A stretch of DNA of 64,000 nt from Camelus dromedarius (GCF_036321535.1 NC_087438.1:13270001-13334000); one strand, 5' to 3'. Numbered from the stretch's first letter, positions 27,575 through 41,036 are shown. The notes: generated from the sequence alone by a model not told the origin. Made by a program: numbers and translations.

Positions 27575-27755
27575 ACCTCCGGCCCCGCGTCGTCTCCCGC
27601 AATGCTAGATAATGAACGTTTATGCCCACTTCCACAGTGAAGTGATTGGCTTCCGTTTATTGTCAGGTCCAATCATGCACAAAACACTGGCGTGTTCCCT
27701 TGAAATTAAAGTCCAATTATATAAACTGGTTTAAGCTTTGTTTCCTCAGTGGTAC
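27575..27755 (+). promoter_or_regulatory. Candidate Pol II promoter-like element (CpG cluster, CCAAT boxes, TATA, Inr-like)
   Basis: CpG cluster at 27579-27600, ATTGG at 27645-27649, CCAATCA at 27669-27675, TATATAAA at 27718-27725, and TCAGT with its A at 27748 (30 nt after the TATA start). Motif evidence only. Confidence 0.3.
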
Positions 27756-28010
27756 CAGAAAATCTCCCTTCCAAAAAATACCTTTCTGTTGTCTAGTTTA
27801 GCACCATTAATTCCTCTGTGCTAAAAACGACTCTCTAGTGAAAATCTTACTTCAGAATACACGTATCTTCTAAGCATACCATTCAATGTTCCAATACTTT
27901 GCCAAGAACTATGAACCCTTACATCTTTGGAGAATTCGAGGTAATTTATATGGTTAGAATCCTTAGGACTTGCTAAAGAAAAAGAAGAACACAAGAAAGA
28001 ATTTCAGGAG

Positions 28011-28160
28011 GTGTTTTTTTAATTTTTAGAATTATTATCTCTTTATTTTTTGAGGGGGTGGATTAGGTTCATTTACTTATTTTAATGTAGGTACCAGGGA
28101 TTGATCCCAGAACCTCATGCGTGGTAATGCACACACACTACCACTGAGCTATACCTCTCC
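28011..28160 (-). mobile_element. tRNA-derived SINE (camelid Vic-1-like), more diverged copy
   Basis: The reverse complement reads 'ggagaggtatagctcagtggtagtgtgtgtgcattaccacgcatgaggttctgggatcaatccctggtacc'. T-rich tail on the plus strand. Imperfect TSD atttcaggag/actccaggag. Confidence 0.88.
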
Positions 28161-31099
28161 ACTCCAGGAGTTATGATTTAAGCAAATGTGTCATATTGGT
28201 GGCATCTAGGTAAGACGACTGGGAGAAAGCATATTTAAAGACAAGTCGAATCAGGTATTCTGTTTGAGCAACGTTACTTTTGAGATATCTGTTACACATC
28301 AGGTAGGATTTATTCTTGCAGTTTTGCTTGATCTGCACCCAGAGATTAACTTTTTGTTTCATCCACAGTCAGGTACTTCTTCAAATATTTTTATCTGCTC
28401 CTTGAAAAGATATTTTGTAGTATTGTTTGTTACTCTCACTGAATAACTTGGGTTCTCCTAGATCAGTTATTTGCAAGGTATTCCTATAGAGGGCAAGATT
28501 GCCGAGGGATTCTTCCAGCTTATCTGGGTTCCACAGCACAAAGGTTTTCTTCTCAGCTTCCTCAAAGATAAAGCTGTTTTCAAGTGTCTTTTATTTGTGA
28601 ATATCGACATGGGCTTGTCTTCTCTTCATTTGCCAATTTAATCAAAGAGCTAGGCTCAGAAATAACTTTTACTTTTACTTTCTAACATTGAACTTTCAAC
28701 ACTGAAATTTCTCTGAGGCTTCTGTCTTTTTCTGCATGTATTCCCAAGCAAATGCAATTGCTTTTTACAACTCTAATGTATATTTTACAGTATGTTGCCT
28801 AATTTTGCCCACAATAGAGTTTCTAGTTGATTCTCCATTCTCCTGTAAACTTTGGGATGTTTTTTAGGAGAAAAAGGAACATGCTTTGATACAGAGTTTG
28901 CTCATAGTGAAAGTATGAATAATCATCTCTAAGTGTATAATACTGTGAATTAAAAATGCAGCCTGCATACATATTTTAATAATCAGCATGGTCTAAGTAA
29001 AATTTAAGGTTCAGAATAAATATTAGGAGGAATAATTTTATTTTTTAATAAAATTATAAAGCATATGATATGAGTTTTTGAAAGCTACAACCATAATACT
29101 GCATGTTGATAAAGAAAATAAAGTATAAAAATCTTTCAACCTTTCTCTCTTGAAGCAACACTCCACAGAATATTGACTTAACCCTCCCTCTTTACAATTC
29201 ATAGTGGATATTTCCTGACAGCAACTTAGATTTTCTTGTAATTCAAGAGAAGATAATGACACATCTTCCAGTTAAGAAACTGAGAAAAATAGACACACAC
29301 ATATACACACAATGAAAAACATCAATAGTAAGATGTTATGTCAGCAACATGGTTTGTTTTCTGGCTTGTAATTTTAACAGTTGTTTGATATTGAGCAAGC
29401 AACTTAGAATGAAACGTTGAAGTGGTCTTAATACTACATATGTTTTATAATAGAGAAAATAACGGATTTAAATGTAGAATAGCATCACATGTTATTAAAT
29501 ATATGGAAAAAATGACATCTACATGAAATAATCAACATAATCGAAACTTGAAATATGTATTTCTTATATATCTATGATCCAGCAACTTCCCTTCATGGAA
29601 TCTTCCCAAGAGAAACAACCAAAGACAAAGCATGTGATGGTAGTAATAATGGTAAGAGTGATGCATTTCAAGCAACCTCTTAGTAAGGCAATGACTAAAT
29701 TATCTACTGTGGGTTATCATGCAATTATGAAAAAGACACAAAAATTGTGGATATAATATTTTATACACATATCTTTGCATGTATACTTTTATTTAGGTCT
29801 GTGTATGCATCAGTGTCAGTGTAAAGCAAAATGTTTAGTGTTGAATAAGTTTTTAAAATACTATGTGTATCAAAATGTTTTATGAAAATGAAAGTAAATC
29901 TAACCGACATTTTATGTTTTTTGTTTTTATGGATACACATGTATGTTTACAGAAGCATAGAGAATGTCTGGAAATACATGCTTTAAAGTAGTTATAATTG
30001 TTTTCCCTAATGAGATCGAAAGTCGCAGTCAATGGGAAAGTTTGTCTTATCTTGAATAGCAAGCGTATTTAAAGACAGTGATATACTTATTGCCCACACA
30101 AATAAAAACTGATTTTAATAAAGGGGAAAAGTAATTATTTGAAGATCAGATTTTATTGAATATGGGTGAAGGGTGATAGTATTATTTTGATGCAAACCAA
30201 CACATAAAAACACTACAGCTATTTAAACATGCCTGATTTGAAACTGAGCTCTTTGGTGTCAGATATCCTCCATATCTGTAACATGGACTTTTGATTTAAT
30301 TTGAAATTAATTAATGTCTTAAAAATGCAAGCAAAAGAAAAAACAACTCTTTGAGTTGAAGAGGAAGATCAGTCAATCATATTTTTATGAAAGATACTTA
30401 ACAGCAGTAGTTTTCAGCCTTATCAGAATTTTTTTTTTTATCATTTCAATACATTTAGACATTATGTGAGACATTACTATTCTGTAGGCTGTAAGAGAGT
30501 CAATTTTCAGTTACGGACTAATAGTTTGTCTTCTATTTGAAGAGGAAAGTGTCACATAATTATTACGGCGTGTTTTCCTTGTTTTCTATTTTAGAAAAAC
30601 CCTTTCCTAAGGAAACTGTTTCTGATTTCAGGAAAAATTACCCACAGTGACCTTCCCCCAGTGAAACTACCGAGAGAAGAGCGGCATCCGTGCGGATGCT
30701 CTCTGGTTCCTGACGCATACTGGGCCTCCCCACTGATGCTGGACATAACCTGGTGCATAACCGTTGCTTCAGGTATGTGGTCACCTTTAGTTTTTATTTT
30801 TCTTCAACTTTTCAGATTAATTGTTTAATTACTTCCATTCTACATACTCATTCAAACATCGTTAGTAAGAACACCTACAATGTTATGAGGAATTTCTGGA
30901 AGGACCTCAGTGTAGGTATGTCTTCAGTGGTTGCAAACATAGCTCTGTAAGGAGGTGGGGTTCCCCATCCATAATCTACAGACTAACAGTTCATAATGGG
31001 ATGTCAGCAGACGCTTGTGAATGAGACCCACCAGGCAGACTGTTAAAAATTATTTTCAAAATAATGGTAAGACTTTTTTTTCTTTGCTTACTGAATTGA

Positions 31100-32165
31100 T
31101 AATTGCCCTGATGGTACAAAAGTAATTGTGGGTAAAATGACTAGTGTCTCAGCCTGAATCATAACACTGGTGCCATAATGAGCTAGTGGTCATTGCATTC
31201 TTCACTTGCCATAGCCGCACAGAAGAAGAAGATGAAGGGGAAAGAGAAGATGCAGTGACAGCAGCAGCATCAGCGGCGGTCAGGTGGTTTCACCTGGGGA
31301 TTTCTTTTATGTAGCAGAAAAAAACCCTCAACTCTTGGGTAGACATACTTTTAATGTGTTGAGTGATGAAATGAAATGTACTTATTAAGCACGTCTACTG
31401 TATACCAAAGTACAGTAGTCTCTCAAGGAAAATACAGTTCTGTGATTTTCTGGATTGCTGAAATAGCTGTTTTTTTTTTTTTCTTTAATAGAACACTTTT
31501 TATTTGAAAGAATGACTGATAGACAAACTATGCTTATTCAGATTTCCGTATTTGGTTACTGATTCTTGAAAATAAGCCAAGTGAGCATGTCAATTGCAGG
31601 AAAACAATAAACAGTACTTGTCAGTGATAAAATTTCAGCTTTCAAATAAAAATAGAATTTTGTAGAATTTATATATTTGCCACCATATGCTTGTTATTGT
31701 ACCAAAACAAATAATTTTCTGATCAAATTAACAGAAGGATTTGGCTTTCTAAAAAAAATTGTTTAACAAAGTTGATCAACATTTGGAAGATCTGTAGAAT
31801 TCACTGAAACATTACTTTCAAAATGACCTAGACATGATTCAAAGATCCATTAAAAATGCAAGCCTGAATAACGTTTTTAAAATTATAATCTTGAAAGTTT
31901 GTTGATATGCTTTCAGATTCCACATTAAAACTAAACGTTAATAAAGTTAACACTTGTTGAATTTGGGTACAGTGTCAAAATAATTATCCATAATTATCTG
32001 ATAAGGTTTTAAAACTCCTCCCACCTTTTCCTGATGCATGTCTGTGTGAGGCTGGATTCTCTTCCTGTCCTACAAATCAAATAGGATATGCAACGTATTA
32101 GAACAAAAGCAGACGTGAAACTCTAGCTGTCATGTAGTAAGTCAGATGTAAAAGAGATTTGAGAC
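31100..32165 (+). mobile_element. Charlie1-family hAT DNA transposon remnant
   Basis: 'ttgaaagaatgactgatagacaaactatg...ttattcaga', 'ggaaaacaa...tgataaaatttcagctttcaa', 'caacatttggaagatctg' and 'tctgtgtgaggctggattctctt' match decayed Charlie1 transposase sequence. Confidence 0.8.
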
Positions 32166-32429
32166 TTAATTTGTCTCAAAACAGCTACATTGACCCAGAG
32201 ATTTGACGCTGTCAATTCTAACTGCTAGTTTTAAATATTAGGTTCAGAATAGGTTGCTTAGCTATTTCTGCAAGCCTAAAATCCCCAATCTGAAATGCAT
32301 GAATTTTGTAGAGTTATACATTTCTCTTTGTTCCTATCTTGTATGCACTATTTTTATTACAAAATCATGCACATAGCTGTAAAGACTTTCTATTTTAATA
32401 CTGCATGTTGATCAGTAATACAATGAAAA

Positions 32430-33235
32430 GTGAATCATGGTGAAGGAATAGAGATTGAGAAGGTGTGCTCTTTTAAACTAGATGAGCAGCGGCTGTTTCT
32501 CTGAGAAGGTGACAATTGTGTGAACAAGCTGTGAAAACCCCTTGGGAACAGCTTACCGGGAAGGGGAAGGCAAGTACGTGTCTGGCATGTTTGATGAAGA
32601 ATAATAAGGCTCAGTTGCATAGGGCAAAGTTAATTAAACAGAAAATTATTAGAAGTAGGTTGGGAAAGGTTGTCAGGCAAGAGATCATGAAAGTTTCCCT
32701 ATGGGCATGAAGGAAAATGTATATAGAAGGGTGATTAAAAGTTAAGACAGAAGCTAAGCTTCTTAGGTTCAAATCTGAGCCATTATCTGTGTCCTAGGAT
32801 AGATACTTTACCCAACAACATCTCCATTTTCTCATGTGTACTCCCGGGGGTTATCGTAAATCCTGGATATGGAATACTGGTTAGGATTATTCAGTTAGCA
32901 TATACACACGGTACATTATACACACATTAGTTATAATCATTCTTATTAAATGTAATGGGGATTATTAGCTATTATTAGTATTAGAATGCAATCTAGCCCT
33001 ATTAAAGTGTTTTAAACAGGAGAGTGTCATTATTTGATTTGTGTTTTTTAAAAAATGTTCACTCTGGCTCCCACAGAGAGACATGATGATGGGGTGAGGA
33101 TAAGGGATTAAGTTGGGAAAACACTCAGGACCACTACTGGAGTAATCCATGTGGTTGATGATGGGGTCTCCACTGATGGTAGCAGTGAAGGTGGTTGAGT
33201 GGTAAGATGCAGTAAATTTAAAGATACAGCCTCCA
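32430..33235 (-). mobile_element. LINE-2 fragments with a nested MIR-like segment (about 32735-32930)
   Basis: 'gtgttttaaacaggagagtgtcattatttgatttgtgttt...ttcactctggctc' is antisense L2; 'ggttcaaatctgagc...ctccattttctcatgtgta' is MIR core. Confidence 0.6.
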
Positions 33236-33669
33236 GTTGAAAAAAAAAAGTACAATTTTACATTGACTTATATGTGTTTGTTTTTCTTTTCTTTAGCTTG
33301 CTGAATTCCATATCTATTGGTTAGCCTATTTTTTTATAATTGACTTTAAATGCAATATTTAAATTTCAAAACGTGATGACTATTTATATCTAATATTGAA
33401 ATATCTTGTTGATCATATTTGATTTTTATGGTTGCTAAACCTTTGTTTCAAATATTTGGTGCTCAAGTAACTCACAGTTTCCTAAACCACATGTGCTTCT
33501 TCTCATTGTCATTTGTACGCTTACTTCCCCTGAGATACAGGGACCTTCTCAGTGAATATCTGCTCTAGCTTTATGCCATATAGGAACACATTTCTTGCAG
33601 ACAGCCACTCAGTCTCTCCAGGTAAATACTCAGCTGCTTTGTCCTCTTAATTTTTTTTTAATCAACTTT

Positions 33670-33805
33670 CATTGACATCGGAAGCACCTGGAGATCTTTT
33701 TCAACTGCATATTCTGGGGAGGCGCTTGGGGTTTCGCATTTCTAACATGCGCCACAGTGATGCCAATGCTGCTGAGTCCTGAAACACACTTTGGGCAGCA
33801 AAGCT
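33670..33805. mobile_element. MER5-family hAT MITE
   Basis: 'cacctggagatc...gcatttctaacatgcgccacagtgatgccaatgctgctg...acacactttgggcagca'. Confidence 0.65.
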
Positions 33806-34384
33806 TTAATGGCTCCTAAATGTTTAATGACTTCCTCAAATACCGAAGGCTTCCATGCTGGCTTCATGTACATAGGGTTTCACCTATGTGCTTAAAGCTA
33901 CCTAATTAATACACAAATCTTTCCTAATAAAATGTAGAAGCCCAGGGCAGCAAAGTTCTTTTCAAATTTATTTTTCTACAGAATTCGTATTTCTTAAGGG
34001 AATTTTTAATGCTTGTATACTTTATTAATAAAAGATTCTTGGCATAAAATTTTCAGTTTTAGTAAGAAAGGGAAAAATTGTTTAAACAGAGTAATAAAAT
34101 TATTTTTGGAGACTGATCTTTGAGCTTCATTGGCTCTCCTGAGAATCAGACAGACAGATCTATCTAACTTTAAAAAATGTATTGATTTATTTGAAAACAA
34201 TGAACATCACATTTAAATAATAACATGATATGGGATACACTAAAAATTTTCAGATTTTGTTTCTTCTGAATTTTAATTTTTTTGAATGTTAACAACCTTT
34301 TCAATACAACACCCATGCCCACAGCAAAAAGTATCATATATACAATTACTTGACATCAAGTTAACCAGGAAATTTTACATTGTT

Positions 34385-34934
34385 TGTTACCCTCCAAAAA
34401 GGAAAAGACCCCAGTCCTTGTCTTACCCAACAGATAGAATTGCAGATGGGAGACAGAGTGCATTATGTAGCAAACTATTTTAAAGGATTTATCCAGTAGA
34501 AGAAAAGTACGCTTCTCCAAGAAGGGGAGGCGGGCTGATCCAAGGGAGGAAAGCGATGGTCTTTGTTTTGTCCTTTCTCTAATACCCTGGCTTAGAGGCG
34601 GTCTTTTGATTGATTGACGACTCTTGCCCCTGGAATGTCTAGTCATGATGGTTTCTTTTGTGCATGTCCTTATCCAGAGTGTGCACAGAAAAACCCATGG
34701 TGGGGGCAAATCACAATGTTAATTATGTTACAGTGAGCATTGGGTCATGTCCAGTCAAGTATATTTTGCTACTGAGCAGTGTTGGTTATCGGGTTCTAAC
34801 TGGTTTCTTGCTGGCCCTCATTTAGAAGAAGTGAAGTCCCTTTATGCTAGAGGGGGCATAACACCATCTTCCAGACCATCCTCCCTCTCCTCCATCTATC
34901 TGCCCGGTGCCCGCACTTATCTAACTACCCAAAA
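34385..34934 (-). mobile_element. Probable ERV1-class solo LTR
   Basis: A roughly 550-bp GC-richer block starting TGTTAC on the plus strand and ending '...ttatctaactaccca', with LTR-like composition. No clean TSD seen. Confidence 0.5.
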
Positions 34935-36039
34935 GTTTAAAAAAATTAAGTGACGGCTATTTCTTCAGTGACCCACAATAGTAACATATATTTTTAAAAA
35001 TTGGATAACTCTTTAAATAGTTGCAGTACACACTCCATTTACACCTTTATCCCTGGATGAAAGCCGTATCTATTATGAATCTTTTCTTCCATTCTCTTCT
35101 TTTCATTGAGTTCAGACAATCTCTAGCTTGGGTGTTTTAGTGTCTTGTAAATGCACATGATTGAAGACGCTGCTGGTACCTGAAAAATCTGCAGAATCAC
35201 AGTGGGCACCATCCTCACCATCACCAATAAATAACAGAAGGATAAATAAAACCAAGAAAATTGCAATACTAAAGGAGAATCTAAGTAATCTAAATACTCT
35301 ATATACCAGTAATGGAGTCAAACTGGCATAACCACAGTGTTTTATTAGCTGCTACTAAACCATTTACTTTGAGGTGCATGTAAGCTAAATGATATAAAGG
35401 AGAAATAACATAATTAAAGTGATTCATGTAGTGTATTTAAATTTAGCATCTGTTTTTCAGTTAAGATTAAGAATACAGAATTGAATTAAATGCAGTTCTA
35501 TATACTTCCAATCTTATGTTATACCATAAGACTTACGAGCCTATCTGTTTTCACTGTTATCATTAGAAACAGAAACTATGAAATATTTTAAATATTGCAA
35601 ATATAATAAAATATTTATTTCCAAATATCTAGCATTTCATTTAGGTTGATGATGGGTGGGGATTGGACAATTTATATTTAAAAGATTAAAAAATATGTAT
35701 TGTGTTAACGAACGCTGGTGTAATCAGGCATTCTGGACTGTGCGAATTGCAGGAACATATGTTTGTATTGTGGACATGCATGAGGAATATGCACATAACA
35801 CAGCATATGGAAGATTTATATAGATTTTACACTCTGCCCAAAATAACTATATGTAGTGATAGAACAGTATCAAACCAGCATCTCTCCCACGGCTATGATG
35901 TGAGGAACCAGCAGATGAGGGCAATGGAGCTATGTTTGAAAGCACTAACTGGCAGAAAACTCACAGAGAATAATTGCAAAAAATAGAAAAACAGAAGCAG
36001 CAGCGCTCTTGTTAGAAAAGTAAAACACGACTGAGACGG

Positions 36040-37400
36040 AAAAACAACCAATAGAAAGAGGAAGGAAGAGTTTTGCCCAGAAGATTGGTGAGTAAACAGT
36101 TCCAAACAATCAAGCAGTAGACACATTCACAATTAGAGTTTGAAACTTCAACACAGCCCTGTTAGACACACAACTGTCGGAGCCAGTAGAACAAAAGTGA
36201 ACAGAGTATAGATCTGATCAGCACAGTTAATGTAATTGATGTGTATGGAATACTTCACCCTAAAACAGAAGTATATGTAGTTTTCAAGAGCTTATAAAGC
36301 ATTGAAGAGGGTAGACCACATCTTGGGTGATAAAATAAAACCCAACATTTCAAAGAATTGAAATCATATAGTGTCTTATTTGACCATAATAGACTCACAC
36401 TAGAAATCAGAACCAGAGAGACAACAGAAAGATACCTAAATAATTGAATTCTACAAATCTCTTAAAGAATTACCAATTTCACACAATCTCTTCTAGAAAA
36501 TGGAAGAGAAGGAAAGACTCCCCAGCTCATCTAATGAAGCCAGTATTGCTCTGACACCAAATCAGACAAAAACTGTCAACATAACAAAATATAATCCAAC
36601 ATTTAAAAAACTCAAGACCAAAATGTTATACATACACACTTATCAGAATGGCAAAAACATACACAGTGACAACACAAACGCTGGTTAGGATGTGAAAAGC
36701 AGGATCACTCATACATTTCTGATGGTAGACCAACATGGGAAAAAATTGGTAGTTTTTATTACAACTAAATATGAAATTTACCATTCAACCTAGCAAATGC
36801 ACTCAGGCATTTACCACAGAGAATAGGAATTGATGTTTTCAAACAAAACTTACAGATGCATGTTCATATGAGTGATTTATAATAGTTCAAAACTGGGAGC
36901 AGGTCAGATATCTTTCATTAGGTGAGCAAATCCAGTACACCCATATCATGGACTACTCTCAGCAAAAAGAGAAGAGCCATAAGTGCACAGATTCCAGAGA
37001 ACTATGCTGAGTAAAAAAAAATGTAGGTACCTAAAAGCTCCACATTATATGATCTTATTTAACATTCCTGTAACACCACATTATAGAAATTGAGTATATA
37101 GTGATTGCCCAGCAGGAAGAAAAGAGCAGGTGTGAAGATGGGAGGGAAATGAAAAAGATTTGAAAAAAGTGACACAAAAATCTTTGTGGTGTTGGAACTG
37201 TCCTGTTTCTTGATTGATTGTGATGGTGATTCACGAACCTACCCATGAGATAAAATTGCATAGAACTAAATATATACACAAAAATAAGTATTAGTGAAAT
37301 AGGAGAAATCTTAATATGATAAAATCAATTGCATCAATATCAGTTTCCTGGTGGTGGCAGTGTACTAGAATTTTGCAAGATATTATCATTTAGGGAGAAT
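36040..37400 (+). mobile_element. Internally deleted old L1 (ORF2 fragments plus L1MC/MD-like 3' UTR)
   Basis: ORF 36500-36688 'MEEKERLPSSSNEASIALTPNQTK' resembles L1 ORF2 'IEEEGILPNSFYEASITLIPKPDK'. Endonuclease-region sequence lies upstream; C-terminal and 3' UTR sequence lies downstream. Confidence 0.85.
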
Positions 37401-37699
37401 ATGAAGCATTTTTCATGGGATGTTTATATTTTCTAAATGAAAATAGTAGGTCAGATCAAAAGCTAAACATAAATAATTTGGGATTTGGACACAGTGAAGA
37501 ATTATGTACACAACTGATTGGAAAAGAAAGAGTGGATATATCTAAAAGGCACATTTTTTATTGTGCACTATGCATATATCAAATTAAATTACTCCCCTGG
37601 GAAACTTGATCTTCTTTGTGACAGCTGTGGAGAGTGTAGTACACTCAGGATTGGATTATTTTAATGAATAAAGGGAAAGTTAAAGGTGTAAAAGGTTAG

Positions 37700-38350
37700 T
37701 GGATTCATTGATTCAAGACTCATTTTATGAATAAATAACAATGAAACACATTATGTGCCAGGAAGACTTCTAGGGGACATTGATACCACAGTTAAAATAC
37801 AGATTTTTCTTAGGAAACTCACATTCTGTTGGATTGGTCAGAAAATATATGACAGTCCTGTAATTTTAGATGTTAATAAATTCTTGAAACAAAAATAAAA
37901 CAGGATGAGAAAATGGGTGGCTAGAATGATATTTTATAGAGTGTACAGGTGATGCTTGAGCAGAGAATTGAATTAAGTGTAGGAACAAGGATGTGCATTA
38001 AGGGTGGAGAAGGAAGGTTAGGTTTTGATGTTAGATATGTGTGATGTGTTCAAGAGAAACTGAGGAAATTAGTATGGTTTAAGGCAAGAAGCCAGACAGA
38101 GAGAGGAGAGATTAAATAGAGGAAGTTATTGAGAAGGGCTCTTTTAGGATCTACTAGGAATTTGAAACAATTTTGGATTTTCATCAGAAGGAAATGGAAG
38201 GTCTTTGGAGAGTTTGAAGCAGAAGGCTGACCTGTGGCATGTTTGTCTGATGTCTCATTCCAGCTTCTATGTGAAGTCTACATTTTATGACCATGAATGT
38301 ATATGGGAAGACAAATTAGAAGGCCATTGCTGTAGTTAAGGTGAGACAAA
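37700..38350 (-). mobile_element. LINE-2 3' fragment
   Basis: 'ttcattgattcaa...tatgtgccagg...ttctagggg', 'ggaaactcacattctg' and 'ggaaggtctttggagagtttgaagcaga'. Confidence 0.65.
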
Positions 38351-38689
38351 ATTAGTAATGACAAAGGTTACATTAAAATGACGGCCACCAGACTATGAAA
38401 AATGGACACGGACAGAAGGTAAGTATAAAGCTTAATAGCAATGACTCAGAAGATTCCCTGGGTGACAATCTCAGCTTTGGTGACACATGATTGCTGGGAA
38501 AACTTTCACATTTTCTGTCTCAGTTGTGCGTGTGTAAGATGGGGCCCATAAGTACATAAGCCTTATGTTGTGAAAATTAAATGAATTACTACCCACGAAA
38601 TATGTTGAACAATGGTTGGAAGATAATAAATATTTAGTATATGTTTTATTGTTACTTATTTTTATTATTATGAGAGAGGAGAAGACTAG

Positions 38690-39193
38690 TTAATCAGCCG
38701 GAGGTCCTGATGAGATAAAATACTAGGTAACCTGTGGATGATTGTAAAAGCGATCTTGATAGAGGAGCAAGGTTGTTGTTACAAAGTGGGTTATGGTGTG
38801 ACTTAATGACTTTGCACTGTAGATATTTGGGATGGGAGCTTGCCCTCAGGGGTAGAAGCTGCTGGCTTTTTTCCACACCCCCACATACAGTTTCTTGCAC
38901 ACTTTCAGGAGTGACAGCACTAGCCTGATCACATACCCTACTTAGAGATCAGAATGCTGAGCCTTTGGAGCACCCCCTTCCAAGCTTCTAGGCTACTTTA
39001 ACTACTATTTTTCCCCAGGCACTAGTGGTGGTGGTTGCTTCCTGTGGTTACTATCACTGGATGGTCTCAATGTTCCTTTTTTTTGTTAGTTAGCCCTTCA
39101 ATTTCGGTGCAAGCAATTCTTACACATTAATTTTTTTTCTGTGAAATACCCATTTTTCTCTCCCTTTTCCTGACCAGGCTCTGTTTGGTATAC
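38690..39193 (+). mobile_element. Old ERVL-class LTR (LTR33/LTR40-like)
   Basis: 'ggtggtggttgcttcctgtggttactatcactgg...ttttcctgaccaggctctgtttggtataca' is an ERVL LTR-like 3' end. Confidence 0.5.
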
Positions 39194-41036
39194 AACAGCA
39201 TGTTTTCTTTCTCATTTATTTATCCATATACACAGATATCTATGTGACTAAAACTTTTATATACATGAAATCATAACGCTGGAATTTTTTTGTGCGGTTT
39301 TGATTTTCCTTTGACTTTGTGCTTGAAAATTTAACTCAGTTTACAGTCTCTCTTCCAAATCACCTTCCCAAATCCTAACATGTATGTGCAAAAGTAACTT
39401 AATGGAAATATCTTAGAATTCATTCTTCCACAATATTCTATGTTCATAAAAATCGTATCATCTTAAGAGTACCGTAATGTATAACTTTGGTCAAGTTTCA
39501 AGGACAGAATTAGGGAAGCAGCATTGCTTATGGCAGAATTATTGCCTACTAGGAATTACAATGTATTTGGAATTCAGTGAATTTCAGCTGACTTTAATTT
39601 ACTTGTGTTCAGCCCTTGGGAAAGAAGAAAGAATAATTTGTTGTCATGGGGAATATAAATATTAGTAGAAGATGCTCATTGAAATCAATGTTCTGTCCCT
39701 CTTACAAATGGTTGTAAGGAAAACAACTGTGCTTCAATAACTTGTTAAAAAAGTGAACAAGAAATTTTTTAATGGTAATGAGAAACTAAAATTTTACATA
39801 ATAGTAAATGTCATTTTTATTAATACTGGTAAATTGTTACTATACTATAATAAAAATACAAATGACGATGAAATGATGATTCATATAATTTGGTGTATAC
39901 TCCAACGACTTGAAAGAAAGAAGATGTTTAATCAATATACTGAAGTTATTATGTTACTATCATCATCCTCACGTTGATTTTATAACAGTTTGAGTTTGCC
40001 TTATCATTCTTGCAAGAGCACATCTAAAACAAGGTGAAAACATAGAGAATACTTTATGAAGTAGAATAAAGCCTGAAGTTTGAGTGACATCCTTAGTAAG
40101 GAGTAGAATGTGTACATTTGAAAGGTGACAAAGTGCTGGCTGAAATGAATTTATGAGAATCAAAATTCCAAGTTGTTAGGATATATTATACCGTTTAGAG
40201 TTGAAGTTCTGTATCTGCCCTTGGTAAAAATGTTCAGTAACTGGACATGAACATGTAAAGTACCATAAGGAAGCGTTTGTGTTACAAAGTTCTTAATTCA
40301 TGTACCATTATGATTGACATAAAATAGTGCTATAAAAATTTATGAGGTACAAGCATTTAAAGAAATATACTTCTTACAAATTAACCATGACCACATTTTC
40401 TTAGAATGAAGCCTCAATGCTGATGTATGTCATTAAGATTAGATGGCTATGTTGAAATATTATGGAGTTAATCATTAGGCAACATGCCTGAAAGGATAAT
40501 GGTTTGTAAAATGGAAGGCTAGGTGTTTATATACATACACATATGTAACTTAATAAGTCATTGAATTGTGTTTGTGATACTCCACAACTTGTTCAAATAC
40601 TGGTTCAAAGCATTCGTTATTTCACAACATGTGTACATATCCGTAGTCTCCTCCCACAAACTACAAGTAGGGTCAACAACCGCTGTATTATAAAATTTGT
40701 CATTATAAGCTTTTTCATTTCATTTTACTTAACAAATATCCTCAACATTCTTTCAGATGTTTATAAACTAAAAGTGCTGCTACTTTAAAAGGTCAACCTG
40801 TCAAATTATGAGTTTTTGTCTATCTACTGTCCTTTTTTATTTTATTTTTTTACTTCTCTTCCCTTTCCATTATTTTCCAATAGCTTGTTCTTTAGACCTA
40901 CCTTTTTATCAAGGTTTATCTGCCATACATTTGTTTAAATCTTAACTACGTCTTTGATATATTTCACTGTGGGGCTTTCATTGACGAAGCATCAGAGGGT
41001 ATGCCACATCTCACTCATCACAGTTCATTCCGCTGA

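Noticed and set aside
35112..35321. Minus-strand ORF with a hydrophobic, transmembrane-like stretch
   Set aside because: TTG start. The F/L/I richness follows from T-rich composition, and there is no supporting exon structure.
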